Part shown: positions 1-8,692 of the stretch, one piece after another | Layout: each line of letters opens with the position of its first letter | Position numbering within the stretch: the stretch's first letter is position 1 | Source: an uncultured Planctomycetales bacterium | GTDB lineage: Bacteria > Omnitrophota > Gorgyraeia > Zapsychrales > JBDRMG01 | Length of the DNA stretch: 64,000 nt | Assembly: GCA_964478715.1 (NCBI GenBank) | Contig: CAYZIY010000002.1 | Span: 35,179 to 99,178, forward strand | Direction: 5' to 3' | Translations under genes and position numbers: made by a program | Notes under the pieces: generated by a model | What the model was told of the DNA's origin: nothing | The model's database searches: none | What the model saw: the letters and a program-made list of their open reading frames with translations, nothing else

Positions 1-486
1 TTTGTGCCCAGCTATCTTCCGCCTCATAAAAGCAGTCGGATTGTGGCTCCCAGCAGAGACCGCTATCGGATGGCTCAAATGGCTACTGCCAATAATCTGT
101 TATTTGAAATATCGGATTTTGAAATCAATAAAAAGGGTCCCTCCTATACTATTGATACTATGTGGCACTTCAGGCGGCTTTATCCTCAGGATGTGCGTCT
201 GTATTTTATTATTGGAGGAGATACCCTGCCTCAGTTGAAGAAATGGAAATATATCGAAGATATTTTAAAAATAGCAACATTTATTGTTGTTAATCGTCCG
301 GGTCAATACCGAAAAACAAAAGGGATTAAATATCGATCAGTGACCATGCCCAGTATTGATATTTCCTCGTCTTATGTCCGCCGAAGAATCGCTTTGAGTA
401 AGACTGTTCGGTATTTCGTCCCTGATAAAGTTGTTGACTATATTGGTAGGCACAAACTCTATGGATCAAAAACAAAAAAGGAGTGA
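1..486 (+). CDS. nadD: nicotinate-nucleotide adenylyltransferase, C-terminal part (5' end outside window)
   Basis: ORF runs in from the window edge; C-terminal ISSSYVRRRI motif resembles the NadD ISSTxIR signature. Confidence 0.65.
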   Translation, partial: FVPSYLPPHKSSRIVAPSRDRYRMAQMATANNLLFEISDFEINKKGPSYTIDTMWHFRRLYPQDVRLYFIIGGDTLPQLKKWKYIEDILKIATFIVVNRPGQYRKTKGIKYRSVTMPSIDISSSYVRRRIALSKTVRYFVPDKVVDYIGRHKLYGSKTKKE

Positions 487-1922
487 CATCGATGAATCAA
501 CCAGAGATTAAATCAGAAATCAAATTCGGAACAGATGGATGGAGAGCGGTTATTTCCGATAAGTTTACTTTTAAGAATGTCAGAGTTGTGGCGCAGGCGA
601 TCAGCGACTGGATCAATCGTCATTTGAAGGTTTCCAAGGGCATCAAAAAGCTTGTGGTCGTCGGATTTGATACACGTTTCTTATCCGATCAATATGCCGA
701 AATAGTTGCTTGTGTTTGTGCAGCCAATGGGATTGACGTCCTGCTTTCTGACGGCCCTATTCCCACGCCGACATTAAGTTTTGCGGTTACGCGATCAAAG
801 GCTTTGGCCGGTATTATGATTACGGCCAGTCATAATCCGGGGCAGTTTAACGGGATTAAAATAAAAACCGCGCAAGGAGGGGCTGCTTCCCGGGATATAA
901 CCAATATCGTTGAGAGCTATCTTGGCTACAATGAGATAAAGAGTTTAGGTAAAGAGGATGCTTTAAGAAGGAAGGTTGTTGTTGTCGCCGATTTAAAAAA
1001 GAAATATATCGAATTTTTAAGGAATTATCTTGATCTGAAAAAAATCAAAAATTCTCGTTCTAAGGTTTTAGCGGATATTATGCATGGAAGCGGGCAAACA
1101 TTGATGAAAGAGGTTTTAAGGGGAACAAAAGTCAGGTTATCTTTAATGCGCGAGGACATTAATCCCAATTTTGACGGCAAGAAACCGGAGCCAGTTGAAG
1201 AGTATGTGGGGGGGCTTCTTGCCAGGATCAATAAGGAGAAATTTGATTTAGGGCTGATTCTTGACGGTGACGCTGATCGTATTGCGGCGGCAACCGGTGA
1301 GGGGAAATATGTGAGTCCTCAAAAAATTCTCGGGTTGCTAATTCTTCATCTGGTGAGAAATCGCAAGGAAAGTGGTGGGGTTGTCAAAACGATTTGTGGG
1401 ACGACCATGCTTGATAAAATCGCAAGGAAATTGAAACTTAAACTTTATGAGACACCGGTGGGCTTCAAATATATATCAGATCTGATGGTGACTGAAGATA
1501 TTCTAGTCGGCGGGGAAGAAGCGGGCGGTATCGGTTTTCATAATTATATACCCGAAAGAGATGGAACTTTGGCGGGCTTAATGCTTTTGGAAATGATGGT
1601 GTCTGAGAAAAAGAGCCTTAAGCGTTTGATTGGGGATATGGAAAAAGAATTTGGTCAGTACTATTATGAGCGGGCCGATTTGGCCATCGATAGGAAACGC
1701 TACGACACTGAGAAAATTAAAAAGACAAGAAAATTATTAGGAAAAAAAATCATTGATATTAAAGATTTTGATGGCATCAAAATGATTTGTGAGGATGAAA
1801 GCTGGTTGATGTTTCGACCTTCCGGAACTGAGCCCTTGGTCAGGGTTTATGCGGAAGCAAAAAACCTGACCAAGGCCAGGAAGCTGGTTGATTTAGGAAA
1901 ATCAATTCTCAAAAAACTCTAA
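483..1922 (+). CDS. phosphomannomutase/phosphoglucomutase family (alpha-D-phosphohexomutase)
   Basis: 479 aa; GTDGWRA N-terminus, TASHNP active-site Ser loop, GEEAGG sugar-binding loop; 4-nt overlap with nadD. Confidence 0.8.
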   Translation: MTSMNQPEIKSEIKFGTDGWRAVISDKFTFKNVRVVAQAISDWINRHLKVSKGIKKLVVVGFDTRFLSDQYAEIVACVCAANGIDVLLSDGPIPTPTLSFAVTRSKALAGIMITASHNPGQFNGIKIKTAQGGAASRDITNIVESYLGYNEIKSLGKEDALRRKVVVVADLKKKYIEFLRNYLDLKKIKNSRSKVLADIMHGSGQTLMKEVLRGTKVRLSLMREDINPNFDGKKPEPVEEYVGGLLARINKEKFDLGLILDGDADRIAAATGEGKYVSPQKILGLLILHLVRNRKESGGVVKTICGTTMLDKIARKLKLKLYETPVGFKYISDLMVTEDILVGGEEAGGIGFHNYIPERDGTLAGLMLLEMMVSEKKSLKRLIGDMEKEFGQYYYERADLAIDRKRYDTEKIKKTRKLLGKKIIDIKDFDGIKMICEDESWLMFRPSGTEPLVRVYAEAKNLTKARKLVDLGKSILKKL

Positions 1923-1924
1923 CG

Positions 1925-2506
1925 ATGATATATCGTCTGACTAGGGCCTTAACGGTTTTCATCAGTAAAATTTTCTTTCCCGCCAAGGTCATTGGCAAAG
2001 AGCATATCCCAAAAGAAGGACACTTCATTATTGCCAGCAATCACCGAAGCAATCTGGATCCAGTTGTTCTGGCTATCTGTATTCCCTATAGAATTAGTTT
2101 TGTGGCTAAGGAATCTCTATTTCAAAAGAAATTTCTCGGATGGTACTTGCCTAAATTAGAGGCATTTCCTATCAGGAGAAATGTATCAGATTTCCGGGCA
2201 ATTCGGGAGGCTTTAAGAAGGATTAAAAAGTTTCGTGGAACTTTGATTTTTCCGGAAGGCAGACGAAATGCGCAAGAGGGTGAAGTTCAATCAGGCGTTG
2301 GATTTTTGGCTCGTAAAGCCGGGGTGCCCGTTATCCCGGTGAACATTAGTGGAACAGAGAGAATGATGCCTCAGGGTTCAAAGCGCTTTAAGAGATTCCG
2401 CCAGCGAATAAGAGTGGTTTTTGGCCCCGCGATTATAATTGATCCTAAATCCTCATTTCATGATATTTCAAAAAAGATTGTTCAGGAAATCAAGGCTTTG
2501 GAATAG
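1925..2506 (+). CDS. plsC: 1-acyl-sn-glycerol-3-phosphate acyltransferase
   Basis: 193 aa; NHRSNLDP (HX4D) and FPEGRR acyltransferase motifs. Confidence 0.8.
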   Translation: MIYRLTRALTVFISKIFFPAKVIGKEHIPKEGHFIIASNHRSNLDPVVLAICIPYRISFVAKESLFQKKFLGWYLPKLEAFPIRRNVSDFRAIREALRRIKKFRGTLIFPEGRRNAQEGEVQSGVGFLARKAGVPVIPVNISGTERMMPQGSKRFKRFRQRIRVVFGPAIIIDPKSSFHDISKKIVQEIKALE

Positions 2507-2566
2507 TTAGACTTCCGATCTTTTATTACAAATTTTTCAACCATAAATTTCAACCCAAAAATAGTG

Positions 2567-2595
2567 TTGACAAAAAGAGGCTTTTCGAAGATAAT
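2567..2595 (+). promoter_or_regulatory. sigma70-like promoter TTGACA-N17-GATAAT upstream of rpsA
   Basis: TTGACA at ~2567-2572 and GATAAT at ~2590-2595 with a 17-nt spacer, ~70 nt upstream of the rpsA ATG. Confidence 0.55.
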
Positions 2596-2664
2596 CTATT
2601 TCTTCAGCGAGTCTCGAAAAATGAGATTTTCTGGAAATTTTTGAAAGGATAAAGTAAAGTTATC

Positions 2665-4212
2665 ATGGAAAACGAAAAGATGAATCTAGAGGCGCTTTAC
2701 AATCAATCAATGAAAAGCTTCTCGGAAGGGGAGATCGTTCAAGGGAAGATCATCGAGATCACCGATAAGGACGTGATCATTGACATTGGATTTAAAAGCG
2801 AGGGATTTGTTCCTAAAGAGGAATTCAGAGATCCGCGAATTTTGGTTAAAGATAAGGAGATTGATGTTCTGATCGAATCGATGGAAGATGAGGACGGGCG
2901 TTTGATTCTCTCTCATGAAAAAGCCGAGAAATTTAAAGGTTGGCAAAAAATTTCTTCGGATGCTAAGGAAGGGGATACAGTCCAGGGACGCGTCGTTCGC
3001 CAAGTTAAGGGCGGTTATATTGTTGATGTTTTTGGCGTTGAAGCATTCTTGCCGATGTCTTTATCTGCTTTTAGAGGAATGAATCCTGAAGAAATCTTAG
3101 CTTCGCAATATGATTTTCAAATTGCCAAAATCAATAAACAAAGACGTAACCTGATTATCTCCCGAAGAGATGTGGTTCAGAAAGAACGGGAAAAAGCGAG
3201 AGCCAAGGCCTGGGATGAGCTCAATAAAGGAGAAAAGCGCAAAGGACGCGTTAAAAGCATAACGGATTTTGGAGCTTTCATTGATTTAGGCGGCGTGGAT
3301 GGGCTTTTGCATATTACGGATATGAGCTGGTCGCGGATCAATCATCCTTCCGAAGTTGTCGCGGTCGGTAATGAGATTGAGGTTCTGGTGTTGGACTATG
3401 ATCGAGAGAACTCCAAAGTTTCGCTGGGTCTTAAACAAATTATTACTAATCCCTGGGAGAATATCGAGGAAAAATATCCGCTTAATTCCAAAGTAAAGGC
3501 TAAAGTAGTGAACATTATGCCCTATGGTGTCTTTCTCGAATTGGAAAAAGGAATTGAAGGCCTATTGCACGCCTCAGAAATCTCATGGCAGAAAAAGATG
3601 GTGAATCCACAGGAAATGTTTGCTATCGGCGATATGATTGAAGTCCAGATTATCAGTATCGATAAAAATGCCAGACGTATTTCTTTGAGCCTGAAACAGC
3701 TCGAGGCCAATCCGTGGCTGGAGGCAGAAGAAAAATATCCCATCAATAAAAAGGTAGAAGGTCGGATTAAGGGATTTACCGATTATGGCGCCTTTGTGGA
3801 GCTGGACAATAATCTCGAGGGGATGATTCATGTCTCTGATATGTCCTGGACCAAGAAAATCAATCATCCTCAAGAGGTTTTAAAAAAAGGTCAGATGGCT
3901 GAAGTTATTGTCCTGGCCGTAGATGGCGAGAATCGCAAGATTACATTGGGCCTCAAACAGGTTCAGGAGAATCCTTGGCCGGCCATAGCAGAGAAATATC
4001 CGGTGGGCCTCGAAGTAGAAGCCGAAGTCGTCATGAATTCGAATTTCGGTGTTTTTGTTAAGATCGAGGAAAATTTGGAAGCTTTGATTTATTCTTCGGA
4101 AATTGAAAAAGCAACGGCGGAAAAATTGAATGCTGGCGACAAAATAAAAGTTCGGATCATTAAGGTTGATGTCGAGCAAATGAAAATCGGCGTCAGCGCA
4201 CGTCTATCGTAA
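2665..4212 (+). CDS. rpsA: 30S ribosomal protein S1
   Basis: 515 aa with repeated S1/OB motifs (GxV.GxVxxI.DFGAFV...). Confidence 0.9.
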   Translation: MENEKMNLEALYNQSMKSFSEGEIVQGKIIEITDKDVIIDIGFKSEGFVPKEEFRDPRILVKDKEIDVLIESMEDEDGRLILSHEKAEKFKGWQKISSDAKEGDTVQGRVVRQVKGGYIVDVFGVEAFLPMSLSAFRGMNPEEILASQYDFQIAKINKQRRNLIISRRDVVQKEREKARAKAWDELNKGEKRKGRVKSITDFGAFIDLGGVDGLLHITDMSWSRINHPSEVVAVGNEIEVLVLDYDRENSKVSLGLKQIITNPWENIEEKYPLNSKVKAKVVNIMPYGVFLELEKGIEGLLHASEISWQKKMVNPQEMFAIGDMIEVQIISIDKNARRISLSLKQLEANPWLEAEEKYPINKKVEGRIKGFTDYGAFVELDNNLEGMIHVSDMSWTKKINHPQEVLKKGQMAEVIVLAVDGENRKITLGLKQVQENPWPAIAEKYPVGLEVEAEVVMNSNFGVFVKIEENLEALIYSSEIEKATAEKLNAGDKIKVRIIKVDVEQMKIGVSARLS

Positions 4213-4215
4213 GAC

Positions 4216-5394
4216 TTGCCTATGCCATCCTCTGGTGATCAAATTCTTCAAACCCTGCTGCGTGGTGTTGTGGATATTGTCGGCAAAGACCAGCTAAGAG
4301 CCATGTTGGCGCAGTCTTGCAAACCGCGTCAGACTCTGGTCGTAAAAGCGGGTTTTGATCCGACGGCACCGGACATTCATCTCGGTCATGTTGTTTTGTT
4401 AAAGAAACTTCGCCAGTTCCAGGATGCTGGCCATAGGTTATATTTTCTGATAGGAGATTTTACCGCGCAAATCGGCGATCCATCCGGTCGTGATCAATCA
4501 AGGCCGAAGATGAATCCCGATGAGATCAAAAAAAACGCACAAACCTACAAAGCCCAGGTTTTTAAAATCCTTGACTCTAAAAAAACAAAAGTTGTTTTCA
4601 ACAGTAGATGGCTCATGAGACTAAGCTCCCAAGATATTTGTGATCTGGCATCGCATTGTACCGTTGCTCAAATGTTGGCCAGAGCCGATTTTAAGAAACG
4701 TTACGAAGAGCAAAAAGAAATCAGTATGCTAGAATTTCTTTATCCGCTTTTACAAGCTTACGATTCTGTTTGCTTAAAGGCTGATATTGAACTGGGGGGC
4801 TCTGATCAGAAATTTAATCTTCTGATGGGTCGACAGCTTCAGGAAGCTTATGGAATGAAACCTCAAGTCGTCCTGATGATGCCTCTTTTGGAAGGGACGG
4901 ATGGCAGTAAAAAAATGAGCAAGTCTCTGGGTAATTATATTGGGATAAATGAAACGCCCTGTGAAATATTCGGAAAAATTATGTCTATCAGCGATTCTTT
5001 AATGATGCGTTATTATGAATTGTTGACCGAGGAAGATTTAAACGTTATTAAAGAGATGCATCCCAAAGAAGCAAAAATGCATCTGGCAGAAGGAATCGTG
5101 AAAGAGTTTTGCGGGGTCACTGAATCCCTCAGAGCTAGGGAGCATTTTCAGAAGGTTTTCAGTCAAAAAGAAGTACCCGATGAAATCCCGGTATATCAGT
5201 ATCATGATCGTCAAACTATTTTGGAGGTTTTGGTTGATGCTCATATAGTGCCGTCTAAATCAGAAGCAAGAAGGTTGATTAAGCAAAATGCGGTTTCTCT
5301 GGATGGTTCGAAGATTTACGACGAGCAAACATTGCCTTCTCCCGGAATTCTAAAAGTGGGCAAAAGGAGGTTTTGTGCGCTTAAAAAGCCCTGA
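4216..5394 (+). CDS. tyrS: tyrosine--tRNA ligase
   Basis: HLGH and KMSKS class I motifs plus a C-terminal S4-like domain; exact start codon uncertain. Confidence 0.85.
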   Translation: MPMPSSGDQILQTLLRGVVDIVGKDQLRAMLAQSCKPRQTLVVKAGFDPTAPDIHLGHVVLLKKLRQFQDAGHRLYFLIGDFTAQIGDPSGRDQSRPKMNPDEIKKNAQTYKAQVFKILDSKKTKVVFNSRWLMRLSSQDICDLASHCTVAQMLARADFKKRYEEQKEISMLEFLYPLLQAYDSVCLKADIELGGSDQKFNLLMGRQLQEAYGMKPQVVLMMPLLEGTDGSKKMSKSLGNYIGINETPCEIFGKIMSISDSLMMRYYELLTEEDLNVIKEMHPKEAKMHLAEGIVKEFCGVTESLRAREHFQKVFSQKEVPDEIPVYQYHDRQTILEVLVDAHIVPSKSEARRLIKQNAVSLDGSKIYDEQTLPSPGILKVGKRRFCALKKP

Positions 5395-5449
5395 ATTATT
5401 TAAGTGATTTAAAGTGAATACCTTGCAATCCTAAAATATAATAAAAAAC

Positions 5450-5478
5450 TTGACATATAATTATTATAACGTTATACT
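5450..5478 (+). promoter_or_regulatory. sigma70-like promoter TTGACA-N17-TATACT upstream of tRNA-Thr
   Basis: TTGACA at ~5450-5455 and TATACT at ~5473-5478; the tRNA starts ~15 nt downstream. Confidence 0.55.
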
Positions 5479-5493
5479 TAAGCATTTCAAATT

Positions 5494-5566
<73 letters not shown>

Positions 5567-5606
5567 CTGTGTCAATTTCCACACGAGATAAAAAAGTATT
5601 GTCGAG

Positions 5607-5759
5607 ATGCGAGAAAATATTAGATTTGAGTGTACAGTTTGTAAAAGAATTAATTACAATTCGACAAAGGATAAAAAGAAACATCCCGATCGGATTGAAT
5701 TGAAGAAATATTGTCCCTTTGATCGCAAGCATACGATTCACCGGGAAATGAAAAAATAG
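5607..5759 (+). CDS. rpmG: 50S ribosomal protein L33
   Basis: 50-aa [53 protein letters not shown], absent from the ORF track because it is under 60 aa; a classic L33 sequence in the classic position before secE. Confidence 0.85.
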   Translation: MRENIRFECTVCKRINYNSTKDKKKHPDRIELKKYCPFDRKHTIHREMKK

Positions 5760-5765
5760 GTTGAT

Positions 5766-5839
5766 AGGCCTGTAGCTCCAACTGGCAGAGCGACGGTCTC
5801 CAAAACCGAAGGTTGCAGGTTCGAATCCTGCCAGGCCTG
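5766..5839 (+). tRNA. tRNA-Trp (anticodon CCA)
   Basis: Acceptor AGGCCTG/CAGGCCT, anticodon loop CTCCAAA, T-loop GGTTCGAATCC; conserved position immediately upstream of secE. Confidence 0.8.
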
Positions 5840-5853
5840 AAGAAGGAAAGATT

Positions 5854-6042
5854 ATGCTGATCGGCAAAGTAAGAAAATTTATTAATGAAGTGATCGTGGA
5901 ACTTAGGAAAGTTTCATGGTCATCACGTAAAGAGTTGATGGAGGCCACATGGTTGGTTCTCATCAGTACGACTATCTTAGGGTGCTATGTAGGGATCATT
6001 GATTTCGTTCTTTCAAAGTTTCTGGGATTAATTATTCAATGA
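5854..6042 (+). CDS. secE: preprotein translocase subunit SecE
   Basis: 62 aa with a single C-terminal transmembrane helix; lies between tRNA-Trp and nusG. Confidence 0.85.
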   Translation: MLIGKVRKFINEVIVELRKVSWSSRKELMEATWLVLISTTILGCYVGIIDFVLSKFLGLIIQ

Positions 6043-6566
6043 GAAAGTGGTACGTTGTTCACACTCAAACCGGCTCGGAAGAGAAGGCCAAAGCAGGCCT
6101 TGAGAGTCGCGTAGAGTCTACCCAGCTCAAAGAATATCTAGAAGAGATTATCGTACCAACGGAACAAGTTTCGGAAATCAGAAGCGGAAAAAAGAAAGTT
6201 TCCGCCAGAAAGTTTTTTCCGGGTTATCTCCTTGTCAAAATGGAGATGAATAAAGAAAGCTGGTATCTGGTCAAATCTACGCCGGGCATAACCGGATTTA
6301 TCGGACCAGGCAAGCGACCATCTCCGCTATCAGAAGAAGAAGTCGACAATATTCTCAAGCGTACGCGTGACACCGAAGTCAAGCCAAGCCCTAAGACCTC
6401 GTTTGATATTGGTGAACCGATCCGTATTGCGCAGGGACCTTTTGCGAATTTTAACGGTTCTGTGGTAGAAGTATTTCCGGAACGAGGAAAATTAAAAGTT
6501 AGTGTTTCAATTTTTGGGCGTTCCACACTGGTTGAGCTCGAATACTGGCAAGTCGAAAAAATTTAG
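6039..6566 (+). CDS. nusG: transcription termination/antitermination factor NusG
   Basis: 175 aa; NGN domain (WYVVHTQTGSE) plus C-terminal KOW. Confidence 0.9.
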   Translation: MRKWYVVHTQTGSEEKAKAGLESRVESTQLKEYLEEIIVPTEQVSEIRSGKKKVSARKFFPGYLLVKMEMNKESWYLVKSTPGITGFIGPGKRPSPLSEEEVDNILKRTRDTEVKPSPKTSFDIGEPIRIAQGPFANFNGSVVEVFPERGKLKVSVSIFGRSTLVELEYWQVEKI

Positions 6567-6579
6567 AAAAGGTTGAATC

Positions 6580-7005
6580 GTGGCAAAAGAAGCAGTTGCT
6601 CAAATTAAATTATATGTTCCAGCTGGACAGGCTAATCCCGCCCCCCCGGTAGGTCCCGCGCTGGGTCAGCATGGCGTTAACATCATGATGTTCTGCAAGC
6701 AGTTTAATGAAAAAACAAAAGGTAAAGAGGGTTTGATTTTTCCAGCTATAATTACGGTCTACAAAGATCGATCTTTTAGTTTTATCATCAAAACGCCGCC
6801 GAGTTCAGTCCTCATTAAAAAAGCGGCCAATTTAGCGAAGGCCTCAGGAATTGCTGGAAAAGAAAAGATTGCCACACTGACAAAAAAACAGGTTCAAGAA
6901 ATCGCTGCACAAAAAATGGAAGATTTAAATACTGTTGATGTGGAAGAAGCGATTAAGATTATATCGGGAACAGCCCGCAGTATGGGAATTGAGGTGACCG
7001 AATAA
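6580..7005 (+). CDS. rplK: 50S ribosomal protein L11
   Basis: [22 protein letters not shown] motif. Confidence 0.95.
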   Translation: MAKEAVAQIKLYVPAGQANPAPPVGPALGQHGVNIMMFCKQFNEKTKGKEGLIFPAIITVYKDRSFSFIIKTPPSSVLIKKAANLAKASGIAGKEKIATLTKKQVQEIAAQKMEDLNTVDVEEAIKIISGTARSMGIEVTE

Positions 7006-7685
7006 TGGGATACGTTTCCAAAAGATTAAAGGTTGTTGAAGATGAGTTTGCAAAAAATGAAATATATTCCCTAGATAAGGCTATTGAGAAATTAGCGAAA
7101 GCGCCGAAAACAAAATTCGATGAAACCGTCGAAATGCATTTTCATTTGAATATTGATCCTAAGAATACGGAACAGATGATCCGCGGAACAGTGATTTTGC
7201 CCCATGGAACAGGGAAGAAAGTCCGTATTGCCGTTTTTTGCAAAGGAGACAATGCCCAGAAAGCGAAGGAATTAGGAGCTGATTATGTGGGTGCTGAAGA
7301 CTTGATCGATAAGGTGTCTAGCGGCTTTTTGGATTTTGATCGCACTATTGCCACACCGGATATAATGCGCGATTTATCTCGCTTGGGTAAAATTTTGGGA
7401 CCAAGAGGATTAATGCCATCTCCCAAGTCGGGCACTGTCACAAACGATATTCCTAAAGCCATCGATGAAGTCAAAGCAGGAAAAATTCAATATAAGTCAG
7501 ATAAACAAGGCGGCATACATGTTGGGATCGGCAAGAGATCTTTTGAGCTGAAAAAAATTCAAGATAATGCCCAAAAAGTGTTTGAGACAATCAATCATGC
7601 CAAACCGGGTTCCATCAAGGGCGTCTTCTTAAAAAGTCTTTATCTCACGACCACAATGGGCCCAAGTGTAAAGGTGAGCGTATGA
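7005..7685 (+). CDS. rplA: 50S ribosomal protein L1
   Basis: 226 aa; GTVILPHGTGK and GPRGLMPSPK motifs. Confidence 0.95.
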   Translation: MGYVSKRLKVVEDEFAKNEIYSLDKAIEKLAKAPKTKFDETVEMHFHLNIDPKNTEQMIRGTVILPHGTGKKVRIAVFCKGDNAQKAKELGADYVGAEDLIDKVSSGFLDFDRTIATPDIMRDLSRLGKILGPRGLMPSPKSGTVTNDIPKAIDEVKAGKIQYKSDKQGGIHVGIGKRSFELKKIQDNAQKVFETINHAKPGSIKGVFLKSLYLTTTMGPSVKVSV

Positions 7686-8212
7686 AGCGTGTAGGGACAA
7701 TCATTCGCGAAACTATGACAGGCCGTATTAAGGAAGGCTTTGATCAGAACCAGAACATTTTTCTGATGGGTTATAGCAATATTTCATCCAGCGAAATTGG
7801 TGAACTGAGAAAGAGCCTCAAGAAATTGGGTGCCCAGCTACATGTTATCAGAAATAAAATGGCCAAGCGCGCTTTAGACGATCTTCAATTTATCGATATT
7901 GGTAACGTAGTTAAAGGGCAAACGGCTTTTGTTTGGAGCAATGCAGATTCGGTTGAGGTGTCCAAGACATTGATGGATTTCTCTAGAAAGCGTGAGGGCG
8001 TTATTGTCAAAGGTGGTGTTCTGGAAGGAAAAACTATCTGCGAAAACGACATTAAACGACTATCGGATTTGCCTTCGCGAGATGTTCTCTATGCAATGGT
8101 TTTGGGAGCGATTCAGTCACCGCTAACAAGATTAGCCAGCGCTCTTAATGCCAAGACAAAAGATTTATTATCATTGTTGAAACAATTAAGCGAAAAAAAG
8201 GGAGGTAAATGA
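7682..8212 (+). CDS. rplJ: 50S ribosomal protein L10
   Basis: 176 aa in the rplA/rplL context. Confidence 0.9.
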   Translation: MKRVGTIIRETMTGRIKEGFDQNQNIFLMGYSNISSSEIGELRKSLKKLGAQLHVIRNKMAKRALDDLQFIDIGNVVKGQTAFVWSNADSVEVSKTLMDFSRKREGVIVKGGVLEGKTICENDIKRLSDLPSRDVLYAMVLGAIQSPLTRLASALNAKTKDLLSLLKQLSEKKGGK

Positions 8213-8213
8213 A

Positions 8214-8645
8214 ATGGCCGAGAACACTGTTGAAGAGAAAAAGCAGAGTGTGGAGCTCTCGCCAAAACTCGAAGAACTCATTAAGCAGATTGAAGGCTTA
8301 ACAGCTTTAGAACTTTCTGATTTAGTGAAGGGAATCGAGGACAAATTTGGTATTCAGGCAGCAGCTCCGATGATGGCCGGTCCGATGATGGTCGGAGGTG
8401 CCGCTGGAGGTGGCGCGGCTCCAGCAGAAGAGAAAACATCTTTTGATGTGGTGCTTGCCGAGGTCGGCGGAAACAAGATTGGCGTTATTAAAGAGGTTCG
8501 CGCCGCCACCAATTTGGGACTGAAGGAAGCTAAAGATCTTGTTGAATCAGCTCCAAAAGCGATCAAAGAAGGCGCGACCAAGGAAGAAGCTGAAGAGCTC
8601 AAGAAAAAGCTGGAAGCCGCTGGCGCCAAAATTGAATTAAAATAA
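8214..8645 (+). CDS. rplL: 50S ribosomal protein L7/L12
   Basis: 143 aa; Ala/Gly-rich hinge and the conserved C-terminal domain (KIGVIKEVR...LKEAKDLVE). Confidence 0.95.
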   Translation: MAENTVEEKKQSVELSPKLEELIKQIEGLTALELSDLVKGIEDKFGIQAAAPMMAGPMMVGGAAGGGAAPAEEKTSFDVVLAEVGGNKIGVIKEVRAATNLGLKEAKDLVESAPKAIKEGATKEEAEELKKKLEAAGAKIELK

Positions 8646-8692
8646 TTGATTGAAGTTTGTCCATCCATCAATCAGCGTAAAGAAAGACAAGT

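Noticed and set aside
5607-5759. L33 as a Cys4 zinc-ribbon form
   Set aside because: It has CxxC at the N-terminal side, but the second half reads YCPFDRKH, with only one Cys plus His. I did not call it C+ or C- with confidence.
8354-8671. Minus-strand ORFs lying inside ribosomal/RNAP genes (e.g. 8354-8671, 19623-20087, 25841-26422, 11099-11590)
   Set aside because: They are antisense to strongly conserved plus-strand genes and have low-complexity, Ser/Pro-rich translations, so they are almost certainly spurious frames.
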